Part shown: piece after piece, positions 26,290-39,470 of the stretch | How positions within the stretch are numbered: the first letter of the stretch is position 1 | How the letters are laid out: each line of letters begins with the position of its first letter | Source of the DNA: Stegostoma tigrinum | Lineage: Eukaryota | DNA length: 64,000 nt | Assembly: GCF_030684315.1 (NCBI RefSeq) | Contig: NC_081371.1 | Location: 24,299,440-24,363,439, forward strand | Reading direction: 5' to 3' | Program-made: the position numbers and the translations under genes | The notes under the pieces: generated by a model | The model's input: only the letters and a program-made list of their open reading frames with translations | The model's database searches: none | Told to the model about the DNA's origin: nothing

Positions 26290-27100
26290 ACATAAGAAAT
26301 AGCAGCAGTTGTAGGTCTCTTGGCCCCTTCTGGTCTTACTGAATGGTAGGACAGACTCATCTGATCACACTGTACTCTGCACTTGCTGCCTAAAACCCCT
26401 CCCCATGCCCCAGTTCTCTTTACTCCCTTATAGATAAAAATCTATCAAACTCAGTCTTCAATCATATTCAATTATTCAGTCTCCACAACTCTCTGGAGTA
26501 AGAACTGTGAAAGTTAAACATGCTCTGAGAAAAAATATCTTTATCATTTTGACTGGAAGCCTTGGCATATTTAAATCTGAATCCTGTTTCTAGATTTCTT
26601 CCAAAAGTCATCCTCTCAGCATTTAGTACTCAGAAATGTTTAACCCTCAGAACCTTTTTATTTCAAAAAGCTCACCTTTCATTCTTCAATAGCCTAATGA
26701 GTTTATATCACATGGTCAACATTTCCTTGAAGGAAAACACTAATTCCAGTAATCAACTAAGCAAATTTTCTCTGAATTGTCTCCACTGAAGTAGACTCCT
26801 CAAGTAAGGAGACGAAAAGTGCAGGCAGTACTCTCGGTGTGGTTTCACCAGTGCCCAGTACAGTTTAGCAAGACTTTGCTACTTCCATGCTTCATCCCCT
26901 CACAGAGGCCAAGGTTTTATTTCCCTTCCTAGTGACTTGCTGCAAGCTGCATGTTGACTTTTTGTCATTCATATACAATGACACCCAGATCGCTATGGAA
27001 TTCTGCAGTCTATTTTCATTTAATTAATATTCTACTCTTACATCTCTTTCTACTAGAGCAGCAATCCTCAGATTATCCTTAATTATACTCATTTGCTGAA
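26290..27100 (-). mobile_element. Degraded CR1 3' fragment
   Basis: cataagaaatagcagcag terminus and cagtactctcggtgtggtttcaccagtgccc (reverse of LVKPHREYC). Confidence 0.7.
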
Positions 27101-27705
27101 TTTTAGAGAAAAAAGAGAAAGAAAATAACTTTTTTACTCTTACTACTACCTTAAATTACAGAAGAGAAAGGTAACAACTCCAGTACCAATCCCTCATTGC
27201 ACACATATCTGAACTTCGTGAGGTAGTCGAGTACATAAAACAGGAATTTCTATACAGCAGCATACATTTTCACAAGTGACAAACAAACAGCTTTATAACT
27301 CAAATAGACATTTCAAAGAGAATTAGAATTTTTGAAGACATAATGTCAGTTTTTAATTCTGAGAAATGTCAAACTGTTTTGCTGCATGCAATGAAGGTCA
27401 GTAGTCAGTAACAAATATCGACATAATCACATTTCAGGTTTTGCAATGCTAGCTAAATTGAATTCCTCACTTTTGTATAAATTGAGACAGAAAATAACAA
27501 TTAACAAATTTAGAAGAAAGAGCACACGACGGTAAATATTTTAAACATATAAGTCGAGCCCACACTTTTTCAGTCTTTAGTCTAGACACTTTGATAAACA
27601 ACCTCTGGTTTTCACTCAGATTTTTGAGTAGGAACACAGCAAAAATATAGCTGTTAACTCCCCGATCACTTGCTTTCTGGATATCCAAGTATATAACCAT
27701 ATACT

Positions 27706-27898
27706 GAGATAATGGGGACTGCAGATGCTGGAGAATCCAAGATAACAAAGTGTGAAGCTGGATGAACGCAGCAGGCCAAGCCGCATCGTAGGAGCACAAA
27801 AGCTGACATTTCGGGCCTAGACCCTTTCCGTCGGCTTTTGTGCTCCCAAGATGCTGCTTGGCCTGCTGTGTTCATCCAGCCCCACACTTTGTTATCTT
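27706..27898. mobile_element. Miniature hairpin PLE derivative
   Basis: Left arm tail+terminus to tttcgggcctagaccct; right arm restarts at cgtcggcttttgtgctcc and ends ttatct. Confidence 0.85.
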
Positions 27899-28276
27899 CC
27901 ATAGGGCTCTTGTGGCCTATGTCCTTGCACCTGAGCCAAGTAAGGCCGGTTCAAGCCCCACCTACTCCAGAGGCATGTAATACCATCTCTGAACAAGTAG
28001 ATTGGAAAATGTCTACAACCACGTTCCATGTAATCCACATTCTACTGGTCTGAGAAGCCTAATAAGGGATCAAATGGAGAGATTTCAGCCTTGTCATAGA
28101 GCAAGTAATAAAAACTTACATTTAAACATGTTATCAAAACTCAGTTTAGGTTGGTATAACCTGATATTAAATAGCTACAGAAATTTTTGAAGTCTGGTCC
28201 CTGTTTCTTAAATTATCCAGAGTAATTAACTAAATTTAAAACAAAGTAATGGTAAGACTGACTGAGTACAACTTAC

Positions 28277-28404
28277 CAAGTTGCCTTGCATAGTCCCTGG
28301 TATAGTAAAAGAGTAGCTCATGGTTAGGAGGAATCTCTTTGGATGTACAGAAATAAATCTTCCCATTGTGAGGATAGGCTACTAGGTTTTGTTCTTCCCG
28401 TGTT
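28277..28404 (-). CDS. PRDM4: PRDM4 coding exon (PR/SET C-terminal part)
   Basis: TREEQNLVAYPHNGKIYFCTSKEIPPNHELLFYYTRDYARQL; AG/GT flanks; 128 nt. Confidence 0.95.
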
Positions 28405-29380
28405 CTACAGGAGACGTAATAATTGTTACAGACTTAAATATTTTAAGTTTTTAAAATCCCTCCAAAATCACCATTACATATTTCTGGGTTTTCATCACAA
28501 TGGCAGAATAAGCAGGCATTATTTTTCAACCTTTTAAGTAGCACTTCAGCAGGAGATGTGATACTGAAAGAAACCCAAGACGTGGAAACAAGTTGAAACC
28601 AACTTAATCAAACAGGTTTCCAATTAATTAATCCTTTGAAGAATGGACGTATATGGTTGCAAAACCCAAAACACAACATGTACTGTTAGATGTGCTTCTG
28701 TGATTGGGCACCACTTGCTGAATAATTATGAGTATACTTGGTCAAGCTCCTAATGTGGATCGTTTACACTCATTAGAAGCAACATATAAAGTCATACACC
28801 AGGAGTTATTCTCTGTAAACAAAAGGAATATCTTCTAGCTTTGCAACTTTTTTCAATTACCCACAAGCTTGGAAGCATATATTGCTGGTTTCTTCCTAGC
28901 AATGTCTTGGCCAATCAGAAGTGACTTAGTCAGTTACATTTTCTTCCGATGCATATTTTTGAGATCATTTGAAATTTGGCATTTTGGCATTTGCCCTTCC
29001 GAGTGCAGTACAAAAAGCTTCAGCATCATATCTCTTTTCACAGCAAAATTATCTATTAATTGTAATGTTTGTGGGACTTTGTGTTGCCCACATTTCACCC
29101 ATTCGGTGATAGTGAAAAGTGCAATATAATTCAAAGTCTTTTTTCTTAAAGACATCAATCAAGTTTATGGATGTTATCCCAGACCACCTAAAGACGCCAC
29201 TTCCATTAAAAAAATTCTGCGCAAAGAACATTCAGAATGGAACATTTTCTTTGTTAAATATAATTTAAGTAGATCAGCAAGAATTGTTAAACTGAGTTTT
29301 GCACAAGCAAGCTGTAGCCTGCTGTCAGTATTTTATCTTCTGTGAAATCTGCATTGCATATATCCTTACAATTGACTCAC

Positions 29381-29466
29381 CTAGCTCTGTGTACAAACAT
29401 CATCCAGTTACAGATGTTCTCATCTGCGGTCACTATCAGAAATTCCAAAACATAATTGCAAAATAT
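29381..29466 (-). CDS. PRDM4: PRDM4 coding exon (PR/SET)
   Basis: IFCNYVLEFLIVTADENICNWMMFVHRAR; AG/GT flanks; 86 nt. Confidence 0.95.
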
Positions 29467-30609
29467 CTAGATTAAAAAAAAACACATTTAGATAACATGG
29501 TTAAAATACTTTGGGACTGTAACAGGAAATAGGTACAGGGGACTTGAAAATGTTAAGAGGAAATTAGTCTACCTCAGATTCATAAAATATACAGTATTGC
29601 AATTCTGAAATTGCCAAAGGACATTACAATATCTATACTGAGATAGATATCTGTAGGTGAGGACCATTCAGTCCACCAATCGCATCTTTGTCCAGATGTT
29701 TACGATTCCCTAAACTTTTAAAATTCCTCCAACTCATCACATTTAAGTGTACAGTTTTTCACACCAGACCATTCTAGAATCACTATCAAATAGTTCCAGA
29801 CATTAAGCTTTATTTCATTTTCTGCCAGTTGCACTCAAATCTCCAACCAGATCATCACTACTTTCTGTATTACATTAAAAAAAAACTTGCAGATTCCTCC
29901 TCCATCTCTTGCCCAAAACAATCAATCAGTCTATAACCCCAAGTCTCTGATTTGGATTAAAATGTCCAATTCCATTTATTATTTTATACAGTTCCATTTG
30001 ACTCACTCATATTTCCTTTCAAGGAGTGTAATAATATTTTCAGACACCCTCTGTCCTCTGGGATTACCTCTGCTGCCCCTTTATTGTTTCCCAGGTGCCT
30101 CAGTTCATGAGATGACTGTAGTGCTCAGTTGGTTTGACAACGGCACGACAGATCTTCAAGTGCCTCAGACTGCATTCTGCTCATCTGCCAACAGATTTCA
30201 GCATTTTATGAGCTCGGTAAACACAGCTCTACAATGAGTCAAATCAGATACGTTGGGTCAATTAGCACCCTGATCTCTCTGATTTTTTATCCTAGCTCAT
30301 TTAGGGAATGTGCAAGATATAGTATGTGTGCACGTGCCTTGCCTAACTTAGTATCGAGATCACATGTCAAACAATTGTGTCTATTACTTATTACATTTCT
30401 GAATCATATATTCAACTCGTTACAACTGCATTTCTAATTAGTTGCGTATCACAGTGGCTAATACATCACACAAGACTCTGTTGGACAAGTTATTGTGTAC
30501 CTTTCCATTCGCCCGACACCTTCCACCGTCTTACAACATTATAGAGTTAAAATAATATTAAAAGTGAAGTACAAGGTTTGAGTTTATGATATATTTCAGT
30601 CATACTAAC

Positions 30610-30728
30610 CTTCCAGATATTAGTGTTACTTTTGTTCGTCCAATCAGCGACTTGCAATAAGTTAATCTCTTCTCCAATCAAAGGTCCAAAACAGGTGCGC
30701 ATAGGAATTGATTCTTGACTCCACACAC
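30610..30728 (-). CDS. PRDM4: PRDM4 coding exon (PR/SET N-terminal part)
   Basis: GVWSQESIPMRTCFGPLIGEEINLLQVADWTNKSNTNIWK; AG/GT flanks; 119 nt. Confidence 0.95.
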
Positions 30729-30751
30729 CTGCCAAAGATCAGACCAATGAA

Positions 30752-31694
30752 TGGGGCTGGGGCAGAGTCCACAGACTGACCCAGTGACTGAGGCCGGGGC
30801 AGAGTCCACAGACTGACCCAGTGACTGGGGCCGGGGCAGAGTCCACAGACTGACCCAGTGACTGGGGCCGGGGCAGAGTCCACAGACTGACCCAGTGACT
30901 GGGGCCGGGGCAGAGTCCACAGACTGACCCAGTGACTGAGGCCGGGGCAGAGTCCACAGACTGACCCAGTGACTGAGGCCGGGGCAGAGTCCACAGACTG
31001 ACCCAGTGACTGGGGCCGGGGCAGAGTCCACAGACTGACCCAGTGACTGGGGCCGGGGCAGAGTCCACAGACTGACCCAGTGACTGGGGCCGGGGCAGAG
31101 TCCACAGACTGACCCAGTGACTGGGGCCGGGGCAGAGTCCACAGACTGACCCAGTGACTGGGGCCGGGGCAGAGTCCACAGACTGACCCAGTGACTGAGG
31201 CCGGGGCAGAGTCCACAGACTGACCCAGTGACTGGGGCCGGGGCAGAGTCCACAGACTGACCCAGTGACTGGGGCCGGGGCAGAGTCCACAGACTGACCC
31301 AGTGACTGGGGCCGGGGCAGAGTCCACAGACTGACCCAGTGACTGAGGCCGGGGCAGAGTCCACAGACTGACCCAGTGACTGAGGCCGGGGCAGAGTCCA
31401 CAGACTGACCCAGTGACTGAGGCCGGGGCAGAGTCCACAGACTGACCCAGTGACTGAGGCCGGGGCAGAGTCCACAGACTGACCCAGTGACTGAGGCCGG
31501 GGCAGAGTCCACAGACTGACCCAGTGACTGAGGCCGGGGCAGAGTCCACAGACTGACCCAGTGACTGGGGCCGGGGCAGAGTCCACAGACTGACCCAGTG
31601 ACTGGGGCCGGGGCAGAGTCCACAGACTGACCCAGTGACTGAGGCTGGGGCAGAGTCCACAGACTGACCCAGTGACTGAGGCTGGGGCAGAGTC
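30752..31694. repeat. 37-bp minisatellite, ~25 copies
   Basis: Unit ggggcagagtccacagactgacccagtgactg(a/g)ggcc repeated head to tail with essentially one variable site. Confidence 0.98.
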
Positions 31695-32459
31695 AAAGAA
31701 GAAACCCAGTGAGTTTGGCTGAAGCAGTCAGAGTCAACGGATGCATTTGGTGGGGCAAATTGAATGATCAAACATTATTAGTGCTGCCAGGAGGTTTTTC
31801 TAATTCCATTAGGGCAGGCGCAGGCTGGCTTGTTGAAAAGGCTACAGGACTAGGAGGCAGCACCAATTAAGTCAGTGGATGCTTGGAATAGCACAAATTA
31901 GCCATGTACAGGGCAGGGCAAAGGGAAGGAACAGCTAGGATTGGGTCATTTAGATGTGAGTGCCATTTAATTGGCTCTGGAGAGGAGTAATTAATTTGGA
32001 ACATTAAAGGGGGTACAAAAAGCATTTGTGGTGCTGCAGTAGTGTCCTTATTTTGGACCAGGAGCCCTAGGTTTAAATTCCACGTGCTCCAGAATATTTT
32101 TAACAGCATATCTGAATAGGTTGATTAGAAAATATCTATAAAGAGGCTACACTGGGTTTAGGACATGTCAGAGGTGGCTAAAGAAGTTACATATTAAAGC
32201 TATGCTATATGAAGGACCTCCATTAAAACTACAGAAAAATGCATCATGCCTTCTTAAAATATGCAAGGATAGAAACACATTGCAGGAAATTAAAAGCACA
32301 GCAGAAAGTTACAGATTAATTCCACCATAGCCAACGCAATGAATTTTCAGTCTGAACTGTACCAGAAATTTCAGAGGTTCTCAAAACAGTCCTTAAGATC
32401 ATAACTTCCCGTTTATAAATGGGTACAACATATAATGAGATGAAAGCGTATCTGCATAC

Positions 32460-32609
32460 CAACATCTTCTCCTGTGATAGACTGTCTGAGGCTTAGCTGT
32501 TTTGGAATTGACAGTCTAGCTCGGCTGCTGACTGGTGTATCCAGTATGAAAGTTACTGCTCCATGTTCAGGACAGTCAGCAGGATAAGCACGGTCACATA
32601 GAGTACACC
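32460..32609 (-). CDS. PRDM4: PRDM4 coding exon (PR zinc knuckle)
   Basis: WCTLCDRAYPADCPEHGAVTFILDTPVSSRARLSIPKQLSLRQSITGEDV; AG/GT flanks; 150 nt. Confidence 0.95.
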
Positions 32610-33415
32610 CTGAAGGATTGTGGGAAAAAAAAATTTCTATATTAAAAGATGCACATTTTCATCAATGGCTGTTGAAGCTGCTTTTACATTAGTCTTCACC
32701 TGCCAGCTCCCAGCCCATCAAAATAAATATACCAGATTTTTAGAGCCAGTGAAAAAGCTGCACCCTGGTGGTGATAAACATGTCACACCTAGTCCAAACT
32801 TGAATAGAGTGGTGAATTCCAGAGTGTGGCCAATTTGCAGAAGGCCTGCAAAATAAGTTCAGGAGAATGGTGTAGTTAGCTGAGCCTCCTAAGATCCAGG
32901 CTATAATGTGAAAACAGTTGAAGTATTATTAGAAAATACTTTCTGCCATTGAAAATACATACCTAAACTTTAAGCAAGATTGCCATGTGATGGCAATATG
33001 AGCACTGTGACCATGAGTTGCCAGCTTCTGACACTTACTGAAACATCACTTTGCTGGTTTCTGAATTAATTACATAAACTGGCAGATTTCACATTTCTAA
33101 AAGTTGAATAAACAAATGATCAACCAATGTAAATACATCAAATTAAAATAAAATTCATGATTTCAACCACCAGTTATACAGTTGGCTGAACATTACTTTT
33201 TTGAATAAGTCTGATTTGCATCAAGTCTTTTGGAGGGATTTTTGCTGCACAGCCCAGTGGGATTTCTCACTATGTCTTATCAAACTTGCATCATTAATTA
33301 TCTACCATACCTCTCTGGCATCCCTCTCATTCAATTTTATCCCTATCTTACCACTTGCCAGAACAATTTGCCACTCTCTCGATATCTATTGAAACACCAG
33401 CATTTCTAATGCCAG

Positions 33416-33533
33416 TGATAATGGGAACTGCAGATGCTGGAGAATCCAAGATAATAAAATGTGAGGCTGGATGAACACAGCAGGCCAAGCAGCATCTCAG
33501 GAGCACAAAAGCTGACGTTTCGGGCCTAGACCC
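33416..33533 (-). mobile_element. Solo PLE terminus with TSD
   Basis: Nearly identical to 54320-54436; 11-bp TSD tctaatgccag at 33405-33415 and 33534-33544. Confidence 0.9.
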
Positions 33534-34761
33534 TCTAATGCCAGCACCACTTTAGAAGTGGACAAGCATGAAGAGTCTGGAACTGTCCTGCACAGTTACT
33601 GCCCAGATACAGCAGGCAGGGGGAAGATGGTGCTTTGCTTTTCAGTTGGGCTTGCACGCCCTGCTGGATGGGATAGTGCAGATTTGGGGTGACTTCCACC
33701 TTCATGACCAGCAAAGGAGGCCACCAGACTATACCTGCCTGGCCCGAGGTTGCCACCAAAGGCAATGCAGTATCAGCTATGTGGAGGAATGAACAGCAGT
33801 GTTGGAAGCATGTCAATGACATTCTCCGCTCAGCCTTCGTCAGTGCCATAGTCGACCCTTTGATAACTAAAACGTACCATCTTTGCTTCTTACCTAGCTC
33901 CCATCAAAGCTCATGCTGCACCACTCTCACTATTTCCTGCAACATCTTCCCTCACCTGCTGTCACCTACATTCCCTTTAATACCACTGCTGCTGCTATTT
34001 GGACTTCCTTGGTCTGACACTACAACATATTGCATGGCCCCTGCACTGCTGACTCATTCACTCAGGACACTTTCCCATCAAAAATAGGAGCTGTGCCTCC
34101 ATCTTTCATTTCAGGAGGAAAGCAAGTCCCAATGGGGCAAAGAATCATGGTGGGTGGTGGGCTGCCCAACATTCAGCTTTTTACCTTTGACTGTGACTGA
34201 CTGGCTGACTGACCATGTCTAAATCCCTAGACTGATAATGGATCGTGACCTTGACTTAGTGTACCACGACCCCTGAGTGGTGCACCATGACCCCTGAGTG
34301 CAGGTTATCTTCCCTGCTTTAACTGCTGATAACCATGACAAACTTCCTGGTTTTGTGTCTGTGCTCAACATCAAGACAAGGCAGGGATGCTGGGAGCAAC
34401 CAAGTAGGCTTGGAGTAAAGAGACACATTGACAGCAAGCAAATAGCCCAGAGATACGCCTGGTCCAGTATGGTACTGATCCATAATTGCACAGCATTCTT
34501 GCAGCAACATTACTGTGCTAGTTGCTGATGCAGCCTCAAATCAACCCTAGACTTTCTGACTTAGAGGCAAAATTGATTGCAGGTTGCAATTGCAAGCAGA
34601 CATTAGAAAGTGGCTCAAATTAACTGTTTCACTCTTCTTTTATCTATAAATCCTTGGAGAACATCAGCTTGGCAATGTGTTAACAAAAAAATGACATTTT
34701 CGTCTTCAGAACAGAAGCTTCATTCTATAAACACTAACGTTAATGAACAAACATTACTTAC

Positions 34762-35559
34762 AAATTGTAAAGGAATCTGCCAGATTCTCTTTATTGGAGC
34801 TGGAATCCTCCATTTGTAGAGATCCTGACACAAATGAAAGGTTTTCTGAAGACCCATCAACTTGATTAGTCCTCATGGAGACCTCTGTTGTAACAGTGGA
34901 AACAGAGACTCTGTCCAGTCCCACACTGGATCCATGAAGAGACACTGGCTCAAGTGAAGGCAGGGAGTGAGAAGATGAAAGTGCTACTCCTACAGGATTG
35001 GAGTTTATTGTAGCAGCATGGATGGAGTCACTCAAAGAATTCTCTGGTATATTGTTTACCCGACCAGTTATTGGTTCTGGTTCCATGACAACTGGTAACT
35101 CTATTGCGCTGGCATGAATTGGAATTATTGTATTCTGCCCTACTACTGCCTCTGCTTCCAAATTATTTCCCACAGAGTCCACAGTTATTGTTTCATGGTT
35201 TCTGGAGCCAGAGGACAATGCCTGTGGCTTTCCTGTTACACCATTCATAGTCAAATCTTCACTCATTCCTTCTGTCGAGATGGGACTGTTAACTCGAGAA
35301 ACTGTTTCCATGGAGATGTTAGCATTTAGTGGGACCTCCTGGTTGTTGCTCTGATGCAGATTCTGGGAATTGTGAGTGCCTACTTGTCTCGTGTCTATGG
35401 AAACGATGCTTGACTCCAAGCCCACAGCACCATTAGGTTCATAATGATCAAGGGTAGGTGGGTTGCTAGAAACAGGCAGTGCAGGGCTTCCATCCACACT
35501 GATAGCACTGGAATGGATGTACTGGGGAGGTGGTCTGTCAGCCAAGTAAGACAAAATAC
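34762..35559 (-). CDS. PRDM4: PRDM4 large coding exon (Ser/Pro-rich N-terminal region)
   Basis: GILSYLADRPPPQYIH...MEDSSSNKENLADSFTI; acceptor ttgctgtag|, donor |gtaagt; 798 nt. Confidence 0.95.
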
Positions 35560-35890
35560 CTACAGCAAATAACAAATCAAATTAGTGACTAAGTAATAAA
35601 CATTTATTGCATATCGAAATAGTATACTTCATTTCGATGCAACGTTCAAGAAAGGTAAAAGTACAACAGAATGGGGAGAGGTAACACCACTTTGTGGGCA
35701 GGAACAGGGTTTTTCATATCAGAATATGAATATCCAAAGTGACAACAGCCTGATTTTTTTTTGTTGTTAAATTGCCCAAAAGTTAGGCAAGTATTGAAGG
35801 AATGCATAGTACATTTTTGGCAATATGCTTAGAAGTTTAGAAGAAAGCAAACACTAAAAAGTTCCCTTATGTTGTTAGGTCTTTTCTTAC

Positions 35891-36076
35891 CTGGGAGAAT
35901 GTGCCGAAAATAGCTGTTCTCTAAATGTGGATATGGCGGAGGCGGTAAAGTATAATTTCGCTCTGGAATGCTGCACATTACTCCACGTTCTCCAATGCTC
36001 ATTGGAAGCATTAATGAAAGAGCTGAAGGGAGGGAGCCTAACGAAGGGCTAAGGTTCGGTATTGCCACTGGCATTC
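35891..36076 (-). CDS. PRDM4: PRDM4 coding exon (contains PPPPY motif)
   Basis: [25 protein letters not shown]...[22 protein letters not shown]; AG/GT flanks; 186 nt. Confidence 0.95.
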
Positions 36077-36189
36077 CTGTGATATAAAGATTTAAGAAGT
36101 CAAATGAAATATTCATGCATATACTAGACATCTTTCAAACATACTGCACAGTACGTTATGTTTTGCTGAAATAAGTGAAAGTTAACTGC

Positions 36190-36755
36190 TACAAACACAG
36201 GGATTGCTGGAAAAACTCAGCGGTCTTAATTACTTCTTCATAACTGAAATTTTGGAAGTATTTTTATACTTTTGACAGATTAGAGGCAAAGGAGAAGCAA
36301 GAGGAAGACGGTGGTGAGACCTAGTGCAAAAGAGGAAGGTGTTGTTAATGATGTTTATGATGAAGAGATTTAAAATGGGTGTGAAAGAGAGAGAATGGGT
36401 TCTCCTACCATGTACAAAATAGACCAGACACAAAGAACAAAAGGCTTCGGGACAATGGGGACAGACATAATGCAGTCACTTTCTGAAGTTATGAAATTCA
36501 AAGTCAAAACATTAAGGCTATAAAGTGTCTAAGCAGTAAAATGAAGTGTTGTTCCTCGAACTTGTGTTCTACCTGGTTGGAAATTTGCAGCCAGCCCAGG
36601 TCAGAAATGTTAGTATGATAACAAGGTGTTTTATTGAAATGGCAAGCAACTGGAAGGTCTAGGTCATCCCTACAGACAAAAGGGAGGTGCTCCACAAAGC
36701 AGTCACACAGTCTGCATTTGGTCTCACCAATATAAAAGAAATTACATTGTAAGCA
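36190..36755 (-). mobile_element. Degraded PLE GIY-YIG fragment
   Basis: CNFFYIGETKCRLCDCFVEHL...LPVACHF...EEQHFI. Confidence 0.85.
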
Positions 36756-37444
36756 GAATATTGTAAGCAGTAGGCTTCTGTCCCTCCCAATAACCATCAC
36801 AAACACTATTGTGTATGATAGATGCACACTGTGATTGTGCATTAAGGACGCACTCTACATGGTTTTGATAGAAAATAAGGTGAAATCACAGAATTGGATC
36901 TTAAAATACCAGCAAAGCTGCTAAACACAATGTTGCAGAAAATAATTTGGCATGTTCAGTTATGGCATCCCTGATTATGATTTTACAGTAAAGAATTACA
37001 TGCAGTAGTGTGAATTTGCATGAATGTTTCAGCAATTAGCGGACACTGAAATCACAGACAGCAAAGCATCTAGTTACAATGCATCAAAACCTGATAAATC
37101 TTGAAACCTGAGAAAATCAAATTACCTACCAGTATCTGGCTGAGTCTTCTACGGCTGTTCAAATGTACTTTATTGTTCAATTACCACTTATTCTAATCAC
37201 CTAACCATAACTTAGTCTGTCCTCTTACTCCTCTGGCACTGTCACTTTGTTTAGAATCTCCCCTTCCACTTTTGTTTCTTCTTTAATATCCTGTTTCTCT
37301 ACTGCCCACTGTCAAGTGCCTTTCCTCCACCCAGCTTTCCACTCAGCTACAGTATCAAACAATAAATTGCAATCTTATATGTGCGTAGCAAAGATAAATA
37401 AATCTTTTCTCTTCACAGTCATCCATCTGATATAGGGAAGGTCA

Positions 37445-38760
37445 TGGGAAACAAGAGCAGGGGCAGGCCATTTTGCTCATCATTTTTCCTCTGCCACTCA
37501 AGAACAGCATGACTGATTTGATTGTGTCTTTAACGCTATTTTCCAACCCTACCCCATTACTCCTGGTTTCCTTGTAGATCAATAATCTAACTCAGACTTG
37601 AAAGGGCACAAATTCGATTAACTAATACATCTAAAATAGAAAAAGACATAAAAGCTGGTCTCAATAATGACAACCATGAAATTATGTTCTAAAAACCAAT
37701 CTGTTCTCTCATGTTCTTTAGGGAAGGAAATCTGCAATCTTTACCTGGTCTGGCGTACGAGTGATTCTCGACCCTTAGAGTGTAGTTCATTCTTAAATGC
37801 CCAAGAAAATATCTTAAAACCATTCAGTTAAAAAAAAACTAGGGATTAGGAACAATCCTGGCTTTGCAAGTGTTGTTCACATCCCATGAAAAAACAAATA
37901 AAATATACAGAGCGCCTCCATTGCCCTCTCTGAAAGGAATTCCCAAAGATTAATGAACCTCTAATAGAAATTCTGTCTAATCTCCTGTGTTAAATGGGAG
38001 ACACATTCTGGATTCCCCCATGAGAGGAAACAAACAATCTTTCAACATCCATCCCATAATGGCCTCTTAGAATGTGACATTTTTCAATAAGATCACCTCA
38101 TCAGCAATCTGTATAAATGGGGCAAAACTTTCCTACTTGCATATTCCATTGGCCTCAAGATAAACATTCACAACATTCTATTTTCCTTCCGCATAATTTG
38201 CTGTAGCTGCATACCAAAACTTATGTACCAGGACTTCCAGATGTATCTGTAACATAGTTCTGCTGTCTCTTTTTATTTTAAATAATACACTACTTTTTTA
38301 TTCTTCTTGTCAAAGTTGACAAGTTCACACATATTACACTCCATCTGATTTTCTTACCCACTAACAACCTATCCCTTTGAAGACTCTTAGTATCCTCCTC
38401 ACAACTTGTTTTCTTACATTTGTATCACCAGCAAATTTGCAGTTGGTGCCTTTATCCATTAATATAGATTGTGAATAGTTGAGGTGACAACACTGATCTT
38501 TGTGGTCCTCAACTAGTATCAGTTTAACAGGTTAAAAATGATGCATTTGTCCAGATTTTCTGTCAATTATGAGTATCCCACCTCTAGCCATGCTAATATT
38601 ATCACCCTCAGCCCCATGTGCTCTTACATTATGTAGTAACCTTATGTTTTTTCAAAATCCAAATACACATCTACCAGCTCCCCCTTATTCACCCTCTTGT
38701 ATCCTGGAAGTACTCCATTAAATTTGTTAAACATGATTTCTCTTTCATTCTCCTCTTCTC
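37445..38760 (-). mobile_element. Degraded CR1 fragment with nested SINE-like insertion
   Basis: CR1 3' UTR similarity and VDVYLDFEK RT remnant; SINE-like segment ~37.63-37.9 kb. Confidence 0.65.
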
Positions 38761-38779
38761 TTAGCCAGTCCCTGAGTAT

Positions 38780-39470
38780 TAATGAGGACTTTCTTCTACT
38801 CCAGTGTTGTGGGTTCTGAAGTGACAACACAATCCAAACTGGATCAGCAAACCCTGCCACAGGTAGGCCAGGTGCTGTTTGCTGGGGTGGGCAGGTGGTG
38901 CTCCGATTGCTTACGCTTCTTCCACTGTTTGAGCTTGGCTTCCATCTGGGCTTATCAAGACACACTCAAAACGGGAAACAGTTGGTACCTTTGCTGATTC
39001 TCCACTTTGAGCAGTCCTGGGCTTGAGATTCCCATGAGTCAGTAGAGCTACTGCATTTGCTTAAAGGAGGCTTTCTGGATGTCCTTAAAGTATTTCCTCT
39101 GCTCTCCTGGTAACTACCTGCCATGATGAAGCTCGGAGTAAACAGCTTATTTTGGAAGTATGTGTCAGTCAATGTATTCTGCACATCACACGACTTACTG
39201 TAACCAATGCTTTGATACTAAGGGATGTCGGACTGAGATAGCGTACTGATACTGGAGCCCATCTTTCTCGTAGATTTCCGAGATTTCATGGAAATATCAC
39301 TAGTGAGGTTTCTCAAGGGGTCCGCTTTACATTGTCTGTGTCTTCAACAGGAGGGGTGGTAACACCGCTGCCCTGTAGACTGTGGGCTTGGTATCAGTTT
39401 GAGGTTTTTGTCATCAAACACACTGTTACTCTGACCGTCAAACGATGTGCTTGGTGCACGGGAAGCCACG
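38780..39470 (-). mobile_element. RTE-clade LINE 3' fragment
   Basis: Frameshifted LPK..YSELHHG / KCSSSTDSWESQAQDCSKWR, resembling the RTE/BovB-type C-terminus. Confidence 0.7.

Noticed and set aside
30752-31694. CRISPR-like array (37-bp repeats)
   Set aside because: Units are contiguous with no unique spacers, there are no cas genes, and the context is eukaryotic.
30662-31771. Three long overlapping minus-strand ORFs (294-369 aa)
   Set aside because: Artefact of a stop-free 37-bp tandem unit; all frames give the same repeating peptide and lie in a PRDM4 intron.
34260-34300. 21-bp direct duplication (gtg(t/c)acca(c/t)gacccctgagtg x2)
   Set aside because: Two-copy local slippage in intronic sequence with no further structure.
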